Shown piece by piece: positions 9,709-18,651 of a DNA stretch of 64,000 nt. Made by a program: the position numbers and the translations under genes. The first letter of the stretch is position 1, and each line of letters opens with the position of its first letter. The notes below the pieces were generated by a model that ran no database searches, was not told where the DNA came from, and worked only from the letters and a program-made list of their open reading frames with translations. The DNA is from a virus (Duplodnaviria; Caudoviricetes). Where the stretch lies: positions 43,314 through 107,313 of the IMG/VR virus record IMGVR_UViG_2687453341_000003. One strand, given 5' to 3'.

Positions 9709-10302
9709 TCAGGCGATGTACTCGCGGAGTCCTTCTGCCTCGAATTGATCGGCGATCTGCCGGATCCAGCATCGAAGGGTCGACCTTGGGACGCCCATGA
9801 GTTCCGCCACCCGAGGTAGGGAGTGTGTTTTTCGCAATTCAAGCATCTGTTGCCATTGTTCAGGCAGTCGAGAAATCGCGATGGCAAGATCGGAAGCCAA
9901 GTCTTTCAATTCGTTGACCGGCTTGCGGTCGATTTGCAACCTGGCGTCACAGATCGACTCATCGAGCGTGTACTGCAAATCGATGGGACTCTCACCGGGA
10001 ATGGGTACAGGCACATTCAATGACTGGATTTGACTCTGGCCTTTGAACAGAGACGCACCGTCCCTGATCAGTGTGCTGGTTTGTCGTTCAACGACGGTGG
10101 TAACAAAAACGTTTCGGTGAGCGATCTGCGGGTCAAATGAGGGCATTGCCTCTATGACCTTTGTCAGAAGAGCGTGCTCGATCGATTCTAGATCCTGCTC
10201 TGAAAAGCCAGCCCTCTTCACGATCTGCATTGCTTTGCGGCGAATGATGCCGCGGGTGAACTTGTCGTTGATAACATCAAATGACTGGGACATGCGTGCC
10301 AT
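9709..10302 (-). CDS. ECF/sigma-70 region 4-like transcription factor
   Basis: Region-2-like DLE..LL...FDP...FV; C-terminal AISRLP...VAELMGVPRSTL HTH. Confidence 0.7.
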   Translation of the reverse strand: MARMSQSFDVINDKFTRGIIRRKAMQIVKRAGFSEQDLESIEHALLTKVIEAMPSFDPQIAHRNVFVTTVVERQTSTLIRDGASLFKGQSQIQSLNVPVPIPGESPIDLQYTLDESICDARLQIDRKPVNELKDLASDLAIAISRLPEQWQQMLELRKTHSLPRVAELMGVPRSTLRCWIRQIADQFEAEGLREYIA

Positions 10303-10570
10303 TCCTTGGCCGGCACACCAGCACAGCGTCCTAGCGACAGACCGTCCCGAAGGGCTTGGAAGCGGTGCTGATCTGCTGCGGCAAGGGAGACTTGTCGAAG
10401 CGTCGTTGGCCTGTCGCTCATGACTGACGACATGTCGCTGCTAAGCCGAAGAATCTCGAAAGTTGCTTGGCAGGTAATGAATTGGACAGCGAAATCGCGA
10501 GGCTTTCGAAGATAGGAAAATCCAAGAAATCTGCGAACGACTCAGCGACATGTCGCTGCGACAAGCCAGG

Positions 10571-11623
10571 TCAGGGTTCTGGATCGAGAGCAAAAAGAGT
10601 CTGCCAACCGCAGCGATCGGGCATCCAACGAATCGGATCGTCGGAAATGCCGAAGAACTCACAAAGCGTTTCGCTAAGCCGTTCTTTACGTTTCTGGTTT
10701 TGACGGCTGGCACCAGGTGATGTCCAAGTCAACGTGCCATAGCTTTTCGCAAACGCTCGCAACAATTCCCATTGAACATTCGAGCGTTTGTTGCCAGCCC
10801 GGGAGAACCCCATCTCGGTAAAGTGGTAGCGACCAACCACACCATTGGCTGTAATGGAAACAGTATCAATATCCAGAAACCGAATTTTGATTGCTGACCA
10901 GGAACAATTTGGTGGAGTTGGGAATCCTGGCGCGGTGATTTTGGCTGATTGCTTCGGCAGAAACTGCTGTAGAAAGGACGTGATGCTCTCCAGAACCGGT
11001 TGGGTAAACGCAATCGCGTTCGATTCCGTAGGCTGAGTTACCTCGGCAAGAGATAGCAACAAACCGCGCCGTTCATGCAACAGACGACCACAAAGAGAGT
11101 CGATCGGTTTGGTTCGTAGACGCAACACTACAAACGGCTGATTCGTTTGGTCGCCTATGGTAGTTAGAGTGTCCAACAATGGCCCTGACGCTAAGAACAG
11201 AGGGAACGCGAATCCCATTTGTGGATGCGCAGTCCCCCAATGCCAAACTGACCTCGTGCACGCAGAGGTTGCCGAGCGATGAAAACCACTTTGACAGCAG
11301 AGTGAATCGGCCACTCGCACCCAATCGATTCCAAAGACTGTAACTTCAGCACGGTCAATGGATCGGCTACGATGCGAGTCCTCATCGTAGATCAAATATC
11401 GATAAGGCTCATCTTCTGCAACTTTGAGCCATCGGCTCCTATCTCCCTGCCATGGAACCGCGCTGGCAACCTCCTGAGTGGGAACGAGCCAGCGTCTGGC
11501 TTGTTCGAAATCAGTATCTAAGAGGATCCGCCAGTGTGCGAGAGACGTTCGCTGCTCAGGCACCGCGGCTGCTGTGAGCCAAAGACGCTCCACCCAGCTT
11601 GAATGGCACAATGATTTTGCCAT
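10571..11623 (-). CDS. Hypothetical protein with probable C-terminal winged helix
   Basis: 350 aa ORF overlapping upstream gene; C-terminal W.LL..FA...LSETL...F helical motif. Confidence 0.6.
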   Translation of the reverse strand: MAKSLCHSSWVERLWLTAAAVPEQRTSLAHWRILLDTDFEQARRWLVPTQEVASAVPWQGDRSRWLKVAEDEPYRYLIYDEDSHRSRSIDRAEVTVFGIDWVRVADSLCCQSGFHRSATSACTRSVWHWGTAHPQMGFAFPLFLASGPLLDTLTTIGDQTNQPFVVLRLRTKPIDSLCGRLLHERRGLLLSLAEVTQPTESNAIAFTQPVLESITSFLQQFLPKQSAKITAPGFPTPPNCSWSAIKIRFLDIDTVSITANGVVGRYHFTEMGFSRAGNKRSNVQWELLRAFAKSYGTLTWTSPGASRQNQKRKERLSETLCEFFGISDDPIRWMPDRCGWQTLFALDPEP

Positions 11624-12770
11624 TGGTAAATCCTCGATCGTTCAGAAACAACTCGATAATGTCCGCATCACCATCGCGGGTGTAGACGGCGATATTCGGC
11701 GGCTTAATCGTTACCGATCGAGTTCTTCTTCCATCGATGAACCGCAATTCAATCCTGGCTTCTACGATTCGAACATCGATATCCAGACCCTCGTAGTACG
11801 CGATCCGTTCATCGAGGATATCAATCAAGTTATCTCGCTTCATTGTGACCAGTTCCGGCTTCGCGCCCGCGATGAAGAGGGTCACTGACGTCAGTGTTGC
11901 TGAAAGTAGTTCAGGTACGTTGACCACGGACAACGCAGCCTCGCTATTCTGTCGCAGTGGTTCGGTCGTCCAGATGTCACCTGGCGGGAACAAATTTTCG
12001 TCACCGAAGAAGAATCTGCCAAATGAGGAACGATACATCTCCTTCTGAATCGCAGTTACAGCATTGATTTTCAACTCACCGGTTAGTCGATTGAACTGCA
12101 GCAAATCTTCATGCAATGGCTGAAAACTCAAGATGTCGCGTACTCCATCGACTAAGACATCTTGTAATTGCCAAGGCCTACCATGGCTAACCGTGAGATC
12201 GAGGGAATCGCCGCTCAGCAGCATCGCCGCATGGGTACCACGGCCGCACTTTTTTGATTCAAAGTACGATCCAACGGCACTCTCAAAAGCAACGCGGCAT
12301 CGTTCCAGTGGCTCTTGCAAGCTTGGTACAAAATCACTGTTTGCTTGAAAGTACGAGTACGTTCGCCGAGTCGCTAACGACTGCAGGCGATGAATCGTCT
12401 CGACATGGTCACGATGCCGAAGGATTGCTTCAACCGCTACATCGGCAGGCATGATTCTTTCGTCACGATGAAAGGCTTCGGCTAACTCGTCGATCTGATG
12501 GAGCAGGGTTTCCATCATTGATTCGCGAGCCAACTCATTGACCATGTGTACCGCACGCATCAATTCGGCGGGTGTCTGACCGTCGGGAGCTCTAAGTATC
12601 TGGCCCAAGAGCTCGAACTGTGAATCGGTTAGCTTGCTTCCTAGTGGAAGCTCTAGGCCTCGTGAGGCGATATATTCTTTGTGGGGCGAGAGAAACTTCA
12701 ATAACCGATCGTTTTGGACGGATTTCAGCACTCGCAAGTTGGTAAATCGTTGGTACTTGGCTGTGGTCAT
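11556..12770 (-). CDS. Hypothetical protein
   Basis: 404 aa ORF; no motif recognised. Confidence 0.65.
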   Translation of the reverse strand: MTTAKYQRFTNLRVLKSVQNDRLLKFLSPHKEYIASRGLELPLGSKLTDSQFELLGQILRAPDGQTPAELMRAVHMVNELARESMMETLLHQIDELAEAFHRDERIMPADVAVEAILRHRDHVETIHRLQSLATRRTYSYFQANSDFVPSLQEPLERCRVAFESAVGSYFESKKCGRGTHAAMLLSGDSLDLTVSHGRPWQLQDVLVDGVRDILSFQPLHEDLLQFNRLTGELKINAVTAIQKEMYRSSFGRFFFGDENLFPPGDIWTTEPLRQNSEAALSVVNVPELLSATLTSVTLFIAGAKPELVTMKRDNLIDILDERIAYYEGLDIDVRIVEARIELRFIDGRRTRSVTIKPPNIAVYTRDGDADIIELFLNDRGFTNGKIIVPFKLGGASLAHSSRGA

Positions 12771-12992
12771 GTGATGCTCGAAAAAAATTAGTAGATCATG
12801 CGTACTTCCATGGGAAAAATAGGATTCCAGTGACTCCGACTAACTGGCAAGATGCCGATTGAGGAAGGGTCGACGGCGGTTCCACCACCGTGCGCTCCTG
12901 TAGCTTGCGTCCATTCGCTTCATCCTTGGCCATGCTCCTGATGCCTTCCTAGCGATCGACCCTTTGCTCAATCTGCAATTGCTAGCATTGCA

Positions 12993-13547
12993 TTACGATG
13001 TGACACGACTGGTCAGCATCTTCCAAAAACTTTCCATTTCTTCCGGAGTCGCATCCTCGCAATTTATCCTCAAGAGACTCTGTCCACCTTTGGGTTCCAC
13101 CTTTACACGCAATCCAGAACTCGACTCGGAAGAGTAGACCCAATTCTCTGAATCGCAGAGAGAGAACGTTTCAGGCAGTCTAAACGCGGGGCATTTCTCC
13201 GTGAGCAAGTCATCGACATCGCAACCTAGGAAATCGGCGATGTCATAGACCACATCTCGGCCAACCTCGCTAAATTCGCCGCGTTCGATTCTTCTCCAAT
13301 CTTCCTGCAAGTTGGACTCGCGAACGCAATCTTCTAGCCGGTACCTTGCGATCTCGCGGAACTTTCGCACCTTAGCGCGATCGAGTTTAGGTGCATTGTC
13401 AGTTGTTGAGGCTTGAGCCATTTCGGAACTCTCCAAGTGAATGGTGACGGGAACAAAAACGCTAATCTTCGACACCGCTTTGACTCCTCTGGTCACAGCT
13501 CTTTGGAAAATCGAAAAATCGCCGTTTTCAAGAATTTTGGCGCTCAT
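12993..13547 (-). CDS. XRE-family HTH regulator (putative repressor)
   Basis: KVRKFRE...WRRIERGE...IADFLGCDVDDLL; divergent from recombinase operon. Confidence 0.65.
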   Translation of the reverse strand: MSAKILENGDFSIFQRAVTRGVKAVSKISVFVPVTIHLESSEMAQASTTDNAPKLDRAKVRKFREIARYRLEDCVRESNLQEDWRRIERGEFSEVGRDVVYDIADFLGCDVDDLLTEKCPAFRLPETFSLCDSENWVYSSESSSGLRVKVEPKGGQSLLRINCEDATPEEMESFWKMLTSRVTS

Positions 13548-13632
13548 CGTTGCCAGTTCCTTCTCGTGCTGAGTAGTTCAAGGAGTAGGGGCTTGTGTTA
13601 AACGGAGTCTATGTAGCCGAATCGGAACCTTG

Positions 13633-13803
13633 ATGAGCAAACTGACCGAACTATCGACATTGAGCGTCGAGACTAGACGCCTTGAGCTTGCGAAGGTGCT
13701 TGCTGCAGGCTTGATCCGCACTCTGTTGAAGAAGGTATCCAACGCAACGGAAGAGGACAAAGAAACCCGACAATCTCCCGACGATGGGCTTGAAGATTCT
13801 TGA
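13633..13803 (+). CDS. Small leader protein preceding DUF2924
   Basis: Manual translation MSKLTELSTLSVETRRLELAKVLAAGLIR... (56 aa). Confidence 0.45.
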   Translation: MSKLTELSTLSVETRRLELAKVLAAGLIRTLLKKVSNATEEDKETRQSPDDGLEDS

Positions 13804-13877
13804 GAACTACCGCTCAGTGTGTCCACACGGGTTAACTACCGTCTTAGTTCTCAACCATTTACCAAGTCGAGGTAAGA

Positions 13878-14366
13878 ATGAACATCGATCGGGAAGTCGC
13901 ACTCATGAAGCTCATGAGCGTGGGTGAGCTTCGCAAGAAATATTGCGAAGTCTTCAAAGAGCCAACCAATGCGCGAAATAAGGTTTGGCTCATCAAACGG
14001 ATCGCTTGGCGTATGCAGGCGAATATCGAAGGAGATCTCTCCGAACGAGCGAGGCGTCGGGCCATGGAGATTGCAAACGACGCGGACATACGCATGATGC
14101 CACCACGCGAACGGAAGCCGCGTGAGTTTGTCCAGCAGCCGAATACGGTTGTCGTGAATGTTGATTCCAAGCCGACTCGTAGTCTGTCGGTAGGCCAGTC
14201 CCTCCAGCGGATTTACAAAGGGCAGAACATTGTTGTGGTCGTCCGAGGCGATGGCTTCGAATGGCAAGGGCAGAAGTACAAGTCTCTTACCGCCGTTGCC
14301 AAGGCCGTGACTGGTAAACACTGGAACGGCTTCAACTTCTTTCGCGTTGATGGGGGCAAAGCCTAA
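13878..14366 (+). CDS. DUF2924 domain protein
   Basis: L.KRIAWRMQA..EG.LS; YKSLTAVAKAVTGKHWNGFNFF. Confidence 0.9.
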   Translation: MNIDREVALMKLMSVGELRKKYCEVFKEPTNARNKVWLIKRIAWRMQANIEGDLSERARRRAMEIANDADIRMMPPRERKPREFVQQPNTVVVNVDSKPTRSLSVGQSLQRIYKGQNIVVVVRGDGFEWQGQKYKSLTAVAKAVTGKHWNGFNFFRVDGGKA

Positions 14367-15925
14367 TGTCGAACAAACATTCTGCAAAACCCGAAGCGAG
14401 GAAGACCTGTCGCTGTGCCATCTACACTCGCAAATCGACCGAAGAGGGATTGGAGCAAGAGTTCAATTCCCTGGATGCGCAGCGAGAAGCTGGCGAGCTC
14501 TACGTCAAGAGCCAGAAGCATGAAGGCTGGGAATGCCTCGAGACCAAGTACGACGACGGTGGATTCACCGGTGCAAATATGGATCGCCCGGGTCTTCGAC
14601 GGTTACTGGCTGACATCGCTGCCGGCAAGATCGACTGCGTTGTCGTCTATAAGGTCGACCGTCTCAGTCGAAGTCTGCTTGATTTCGCGAAAATCATCGA
14701 GGTCTTCGACCGTCATCAAGTCACGTTTGTGAGTGTAACACAGTCATTCAATACCGCCTCTTCAATGGGCCGATTGACGCTCAATGTTCTTTTGTCATTT
14801 GCTCAATTCGAACGCGATATGATCAGCGAGCGAACACGCGACAAGATGCGGGCAGCTCGGCGCAAGGGGCGTTGGATTGGAGGCAAGCCGATCCTTGGCT
14901 ACAACGTTGTCAACACGAAGCTGGTCGTTGATCCTCTCGAATCGCTACAAGTTCAAGAGATCTTCAAATTGTACTTAGAAATGAAATCGACTCTGCAGGT
15001 TGCACGGGTGTTGAACCAACGTGGTTGGCGAATCAAAGAGTGGACCACCAAGAAGGGTAGGACGATCGGTGGCGGTGAGTTCAACAAGAACAAGGTCACA
15101 GCCATCCTGACCAACGCGACTTACATCGGTATGATCGAGTACGAGGGCCAGCTCCATCCTGGCCTCCAAGATGCCATCATCAAGCGAGATTTATTCGACC
15201 GAGTCCAGGAGATCCTAAAGCTGAACAGCCGCATGAAGAAAGACCTCATGCGATGCAAGCACAATGCTTTGCTGCAGGGACTACTTCGCTGCGCTGCCTG
15301 CAATTGTGGGATGAGCCATTCGTACACAAAGAAAGGCTCGACTCTTTATCGCTACTACATTTGTCACAAAGCGCAAAAGCAAGGCTGGGCAAGTTGCCCA
15401 TCACCATCGCTTCCAGCTGCTGAGATCGAAAATTTCGTGATTGACCAAATACGAAGCGTTGGTCAAGACCCTGGCGTTGTTCGCGATACGTTGGCCCAGA
15501 GTCGCGTCCAAACTCAGACGACCGTAGAACGACTCAAGAAAGAAAAGAACGCGTTGGAACGGGCAATCCTTGGCCACTATGAGCGACTGAACCAAGCGAT
15601 CGCGGACGGTGCCAACGAGTCGGCGGTTGCCGATATCCAAGACCAGATTCGCGAGAAGGAACAACGGGTATCCGAGGTCGTTGACGAGATGACCTCCGTA
15701 TCCAGCCTGATGATCGATGAGTCGGACGTCCGCGAGTCGCTCGGTCGGTTCCAAGAAGTCTGGGCAGCGTTGTCTCCTGCCGAGAAAGCCAAAGCCATCC
15801 GCCAGATCGTCGATTCGATTCAGTACGACGGTCATAGCAAAGAGCTGTCCATCTCCTACCACCCGATCGGGATCAGAACATTCAGTCAAGAACAGCAAAG
15901 TAAAGTGGGAGCAGGCACATGCTAA
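14366..15925 (+). CDS. Large serine recombinase (integrase)
   Basis: AIYTRKST catalytic Ser, DDGGFTG, VYKVDRLSRS, Zn ribbon C..C...YYIC...C, coiled coil. Confidence 0.95.
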   Translation: MSNKHSAKPEARKTCRCAIYTRKSTEEGLEQEFNSLDAQREAGELYVKSQKHEGWECLETKYDDGGFTGANMDRPGLRRLLADIAAGKIDCVVVYKVDRLSRSLLDFAKIIEVFDRHQVTFVSVTQSFNTASSMGRLTLNVLLSFAQFERDMISERTRDKMRAARRKGRWIGGKPILGYNVVNTKLVVDPLESLQVQEIFKLYLEMKSTLQVARVLNQRGWRIKEWTTKKGRTIGGGEFNKNKVTAILTNATYIGMIEYEGQLHPGLQDAIIKRDLFDRVQEILKLNSRMKKDLMRCKHNALLQGLLRCAACNCGMSHSYTKKGSTLYRYYICHKAQKQGWASCPSPSLPAAEIENFVIDQIRSVGQDPGVVRDTLAQSRVQTQTTVERLKKEKNALERAILGHYERLNQAIADGANESAVADIQDQIREKEQRVSEVVDEMTSVSSLMIDESDVRESLGRFQEVWAALSPAEKAKAIRQIVDSIQYDGHSKELSISYHPIGIRTFSQEQQSKVGAGTC

Positions 15926-16320
15926 CCGCCACGCACAAATTGGAGTTCAAGTCCGGCAAGCGAACCGCCAAGACGATTGCGGAAGCCGGAACGCAGCCAG
16001 AGCAACCCACGCCAGGCCGATTGCCTCGCATCACCAAAATGATGGCCCTCGCCGTCCGCCTCGATCACTTGATCAAGAGCGGGCAAGTTACCGACCAAGC
16101 CGAGCTCGCACGAGTTGGCCATGTCAGTCGTGCTCGGCTTACCCAGATCATGGATTTGAACTTGCTTGCACCAGACATTCAGGAAGAGATCTTGTTTTTT
16201 GGAGGTTCTGTGACCACTTTTGCGGTTCCAATTGAACGCTCAGCGAGAAACATCGCCAAAATGACTGATTGGAGCTTACAACGGCGATCCTGGAGAAAAA
16301 GCAGGGCTACCAAGTACTGA
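15919..16320 (+). CDS. Recombinase-associated HTH protein
   Basis: AELARVGHVSRARLTQIMDLNLLAPDIQEEIL; overlaps recombinase stop. Confidence 0.7.
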   Translation: MLTATHKLEFKSGKRTAKTIAEAGTQPEQPTPGRLPRITKMMALAVRLDHLIKSGQVTDQAELARVGHVSRARLTQIMDLNLLAPDIQEEILFFGGSVTTFAVPIERSARNIAKMTDWSLQRRSWRKSRATKY

Positions 16321-16459
16321 TGACCAGCTCGGTGGATTTACAAGCTTCGCTTTGCTAGCTTTGACTTGGTGGTCGGCCGAAGGACCAAACTTGTCACCGC
16401 ATTGAAAAAAATGTATTCCCTGAAGTGCGATTCCCCGTAGCTATGTTGCAAGGAGATAA

Positions 16460-17284
16460 ATGATGAGCGTGAACTCCAAAATCGAGTGGACAGACACTAC
16501 GTGGAATCCAGTGCGCGGTTGCACGAAGATAAGCGCTGGCTGCAAGCACTGTTATGCGGAAACTTTTGCAGAACGCTTTCGCGGAGTCCCCGGCAATCCG
16601 TTTGAGTTCGGGTTCGACCTTCGCCTCGTACCACACAAATTGCCAGAGCCTTTTCATTGGACGAAGCCACAGATGGTCTTCGTGAATTCGATGAGCGATC
16701 TGTTTCATGAAGATGTCCCAGACGACTATATAGTCCAAGTTGCTCAAGTGATGGCAACGGCCAACTGGCATATCTACCAAGTGTTGACCAAACGAGCTGA
16801 ACGCTTGCGAGATTTGTTGAAAACCAAGCTGAGCTTCGCAGCCAAACTGGAACACATTTGGTGGGGCACAAGCGTCGAAAACAAGAAGTCGGGCGTACCA
16901 AGAATTCAGCAATTGCGTGATGCAAAAGCAGAGATGAATTTCCTTTCCATTGAGCCGCTACTTGAAGACTTGGGCCCGCTCAATCTCAAAGGCATGCAGT
17001 GGGTAATTGTGGGTGGCGAGAGCGGGAACGGAGCTAGGCCAATGCGAGTCGAGTGGGTCACTTCGATCCGAGCGCAATGCGAGAAACAGAACATTCCGTT
17101 CTTTTTCAAGCAGTGGGGAGGCGTAAGAAAGTCTCGACATGGGCGTGAGCTGGATGGCAGAACCTATGATGAATACCCGACAGTGATACGTCAGCCATTC
17201 CCACAGCTAGCAGTTCGTCGTGAATTAGAGGCAAGCTTAAACTTGCCACGAGACACTCGCTTGACGGTCGCAGCAATCGCCTAA
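16460..17284 (+). CDS. DUF5131 / phage Gp37-Gp68 family (three-Cys, radical-SAM-like) protein
   Basis: SKIEWTD.TWNP..GCTKISAGCKHCYAE, FVNSMSDLFH, SIEPLL, WVIVGGESG, FFFKQWGG. Confidence 0.92.
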   Translation: MMSVNSKIEWTDTTWNPVRGCTKISAGCKHCYAETFAERFRGVPGNPFEFGFDLRLVPHKLPEPFHWTKPQMVFVNSMSDLFHEDVPDDYIVQVAQVMATANWHIYQVLTKRAERLRDLLKTKLSFAAKLEHIWWGTSVENKKSGVPRIQQLRDAKAEMNFLSIEPLLEDLGPLNLKGMQWVIVGGESGNGARPMRVEWVTSIRAQCEKQNIPFFFKQWGGVRKSRHGRELDGRTYDEYPTVIRQPFPQLAVRRELEASLNLPRDTRLTVAAIA

Positions 17285-18171
17285 GGGCGAAGAATGTCTT
17301 GTGCCATCCGAACGGCAGTCGGTGCGCCTTTTTCATTGCCCACGGCAAAACAAAGCAGGTAGATGGGTGTGCCACGAGAATTGAACAGCAACAAGGGGTT
17401 CTTGGCTACGCTCTCAAAAACCGAGCTCAGTCGCTCTAGAAAGTAGGCTTCAATATCCGCAAAGTCAGCGGTCTTTGTTTCGAGTTCCTCATCTCCGAAT
17501 AGAGATGGCTGAACGGACTTCTTGTAGAACCTGTGTCGCCACGCATCTTCACCGAAAGTTCTCGTAAGGGCATTGGCCCAGTTTTCTGGTGGTGGCTTTC
17601 GGTTGACAAGTAAACGGTTTACTGCCTGGCCGATTGGAAAAAGAATCCACAGGTCGATTGCCTTGGTTGCCGCAATCGCCTCGATCGTTGACCAATTGAC
17701 CTGCATACCGTATGGATCCAGGAACACAACCGCGCGATGACTCTGCCAGTTTGTTTGTCGGCACCAGTTCGTTAGAACCGTGTTGGCGTCCCCGTGTTCG
17801 ATGAGTACGTTGCTCGCACGGCCGGGATAAAGAGCCTTTAACTTTTCCAGCTCAGCGATGCGTTTCTTGCTATGCTCGATGAACAGATAACGATCGAATC
17901 CCGGCTCGACTTCCAGAGCAATTCGCGAACTTCCCTTTTGTAGTTCTACGAAATCAGGATCGGATTCGACATCAAGCAAAGGAGTTTCGCTGATGCCCGC
18001 GATGTTTGAGTCCAGTCGATCGCCGGTTCCAGCAAAAGCGTCGACGAAGTAGGTGGTGAAGTATCTGGCTCGCACGTTGGTACGCATAATCGTCGTGTAC
18101 GCGGTGAGATACTTGCGGACACGCTCAAGCTTTTCAACAGTCCATTCTCCACCAAATATATGCTCACTCAT
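17281..18171 (-). CDS. tcmP: Three-Cys-motif partner protein TcmP (methyltransferase-like)
   Basis: GG.WT.EKL, FVDAFAGTG, GS..IAL, GDAN, FLDPYG, IDLWILFP; adjacent to DUF5131. Confidence 0.85.
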   Translation of the reverse strand: MSEHIFGGEWTVEKLERVRKYLTAYTTIMRTNVRARYFTTYFVDAFAGTGDRLDSNIAGISETPLLDVESDPDFVELQKGSSRIALEVEPGFDRYLFIEHSKKRIAELEKLKALYPGRASNVLIEHGDANTVLTNWCRQTNWQSHRAVVFLDPYGMQVNWSTIEAIAATKAIDLWILFPIGQAVNRLLVNRKPPPENWANALTRTFGEDAWRHRFYKKSVQPSLFGDEELETKTADFADIEAYFLERLSSVFESVAKNPLLLFNSRGTPIYLLCFAVGNEKGAPTAVRMAQDILRP

Positions 18172-18408
18172 AAATCTTCCTCCTTGGTAAAGCGTCGTAA
18201 TCCAGCTCTTTATTCGCTACGCGATCAGCTTCCTCCGCTGTTCAAGAAATTCGTCGTAGTTCAGCTCTTGGCCAGCGAGGAAACTGAATGTTCCGAATTT
18301 CGATTGTGGTTGCGTTTAGCATCGTAACTACTTACGGAGATTCGGGCGATTACAATATCCATAATAGGTGCAAGCATCGTATTGCCAAGTTGAAGACTTT
18401 GCTAGACT

Positions 18409-18645
18409 ATGAAGACTAGCCCGATGGCTCTTGGACCCAATCGCATGAAAAATCTGAGCGAATACGTGAAAACTGCAGAGGCGGCCCAGATACTTGGTGT
18501 CGCACAAAACACGCTCCGAAAATGGGCTGAGCAGGGAGATATCCCTGTGCACCGGAATCCAGCAAACGGATACAGGCTCTTCAAACGCGAGGACTTGATG
18601 CGATTCTTGAAGAAGATCGACCAGTCATCGAAGTCCGGGAGCTGA
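18409..18645 (+). CDS. Excisionase/MerR-like HTH DNA-binding protein
   Basis: TAEAAQILGVAQNTLRKW...RNPANGYRLF; immediately upstream of hsdR. Confidence 0.8.
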   Translation: MKTSPMALGPNRMKNLSEYVKTAEAAQILGVAQNTLRKWAEQGDIPVHRNPANGYRLFKREDLMRFLKKIDQSSKSGS

Positions 18646-18651
18646 AGCAGC

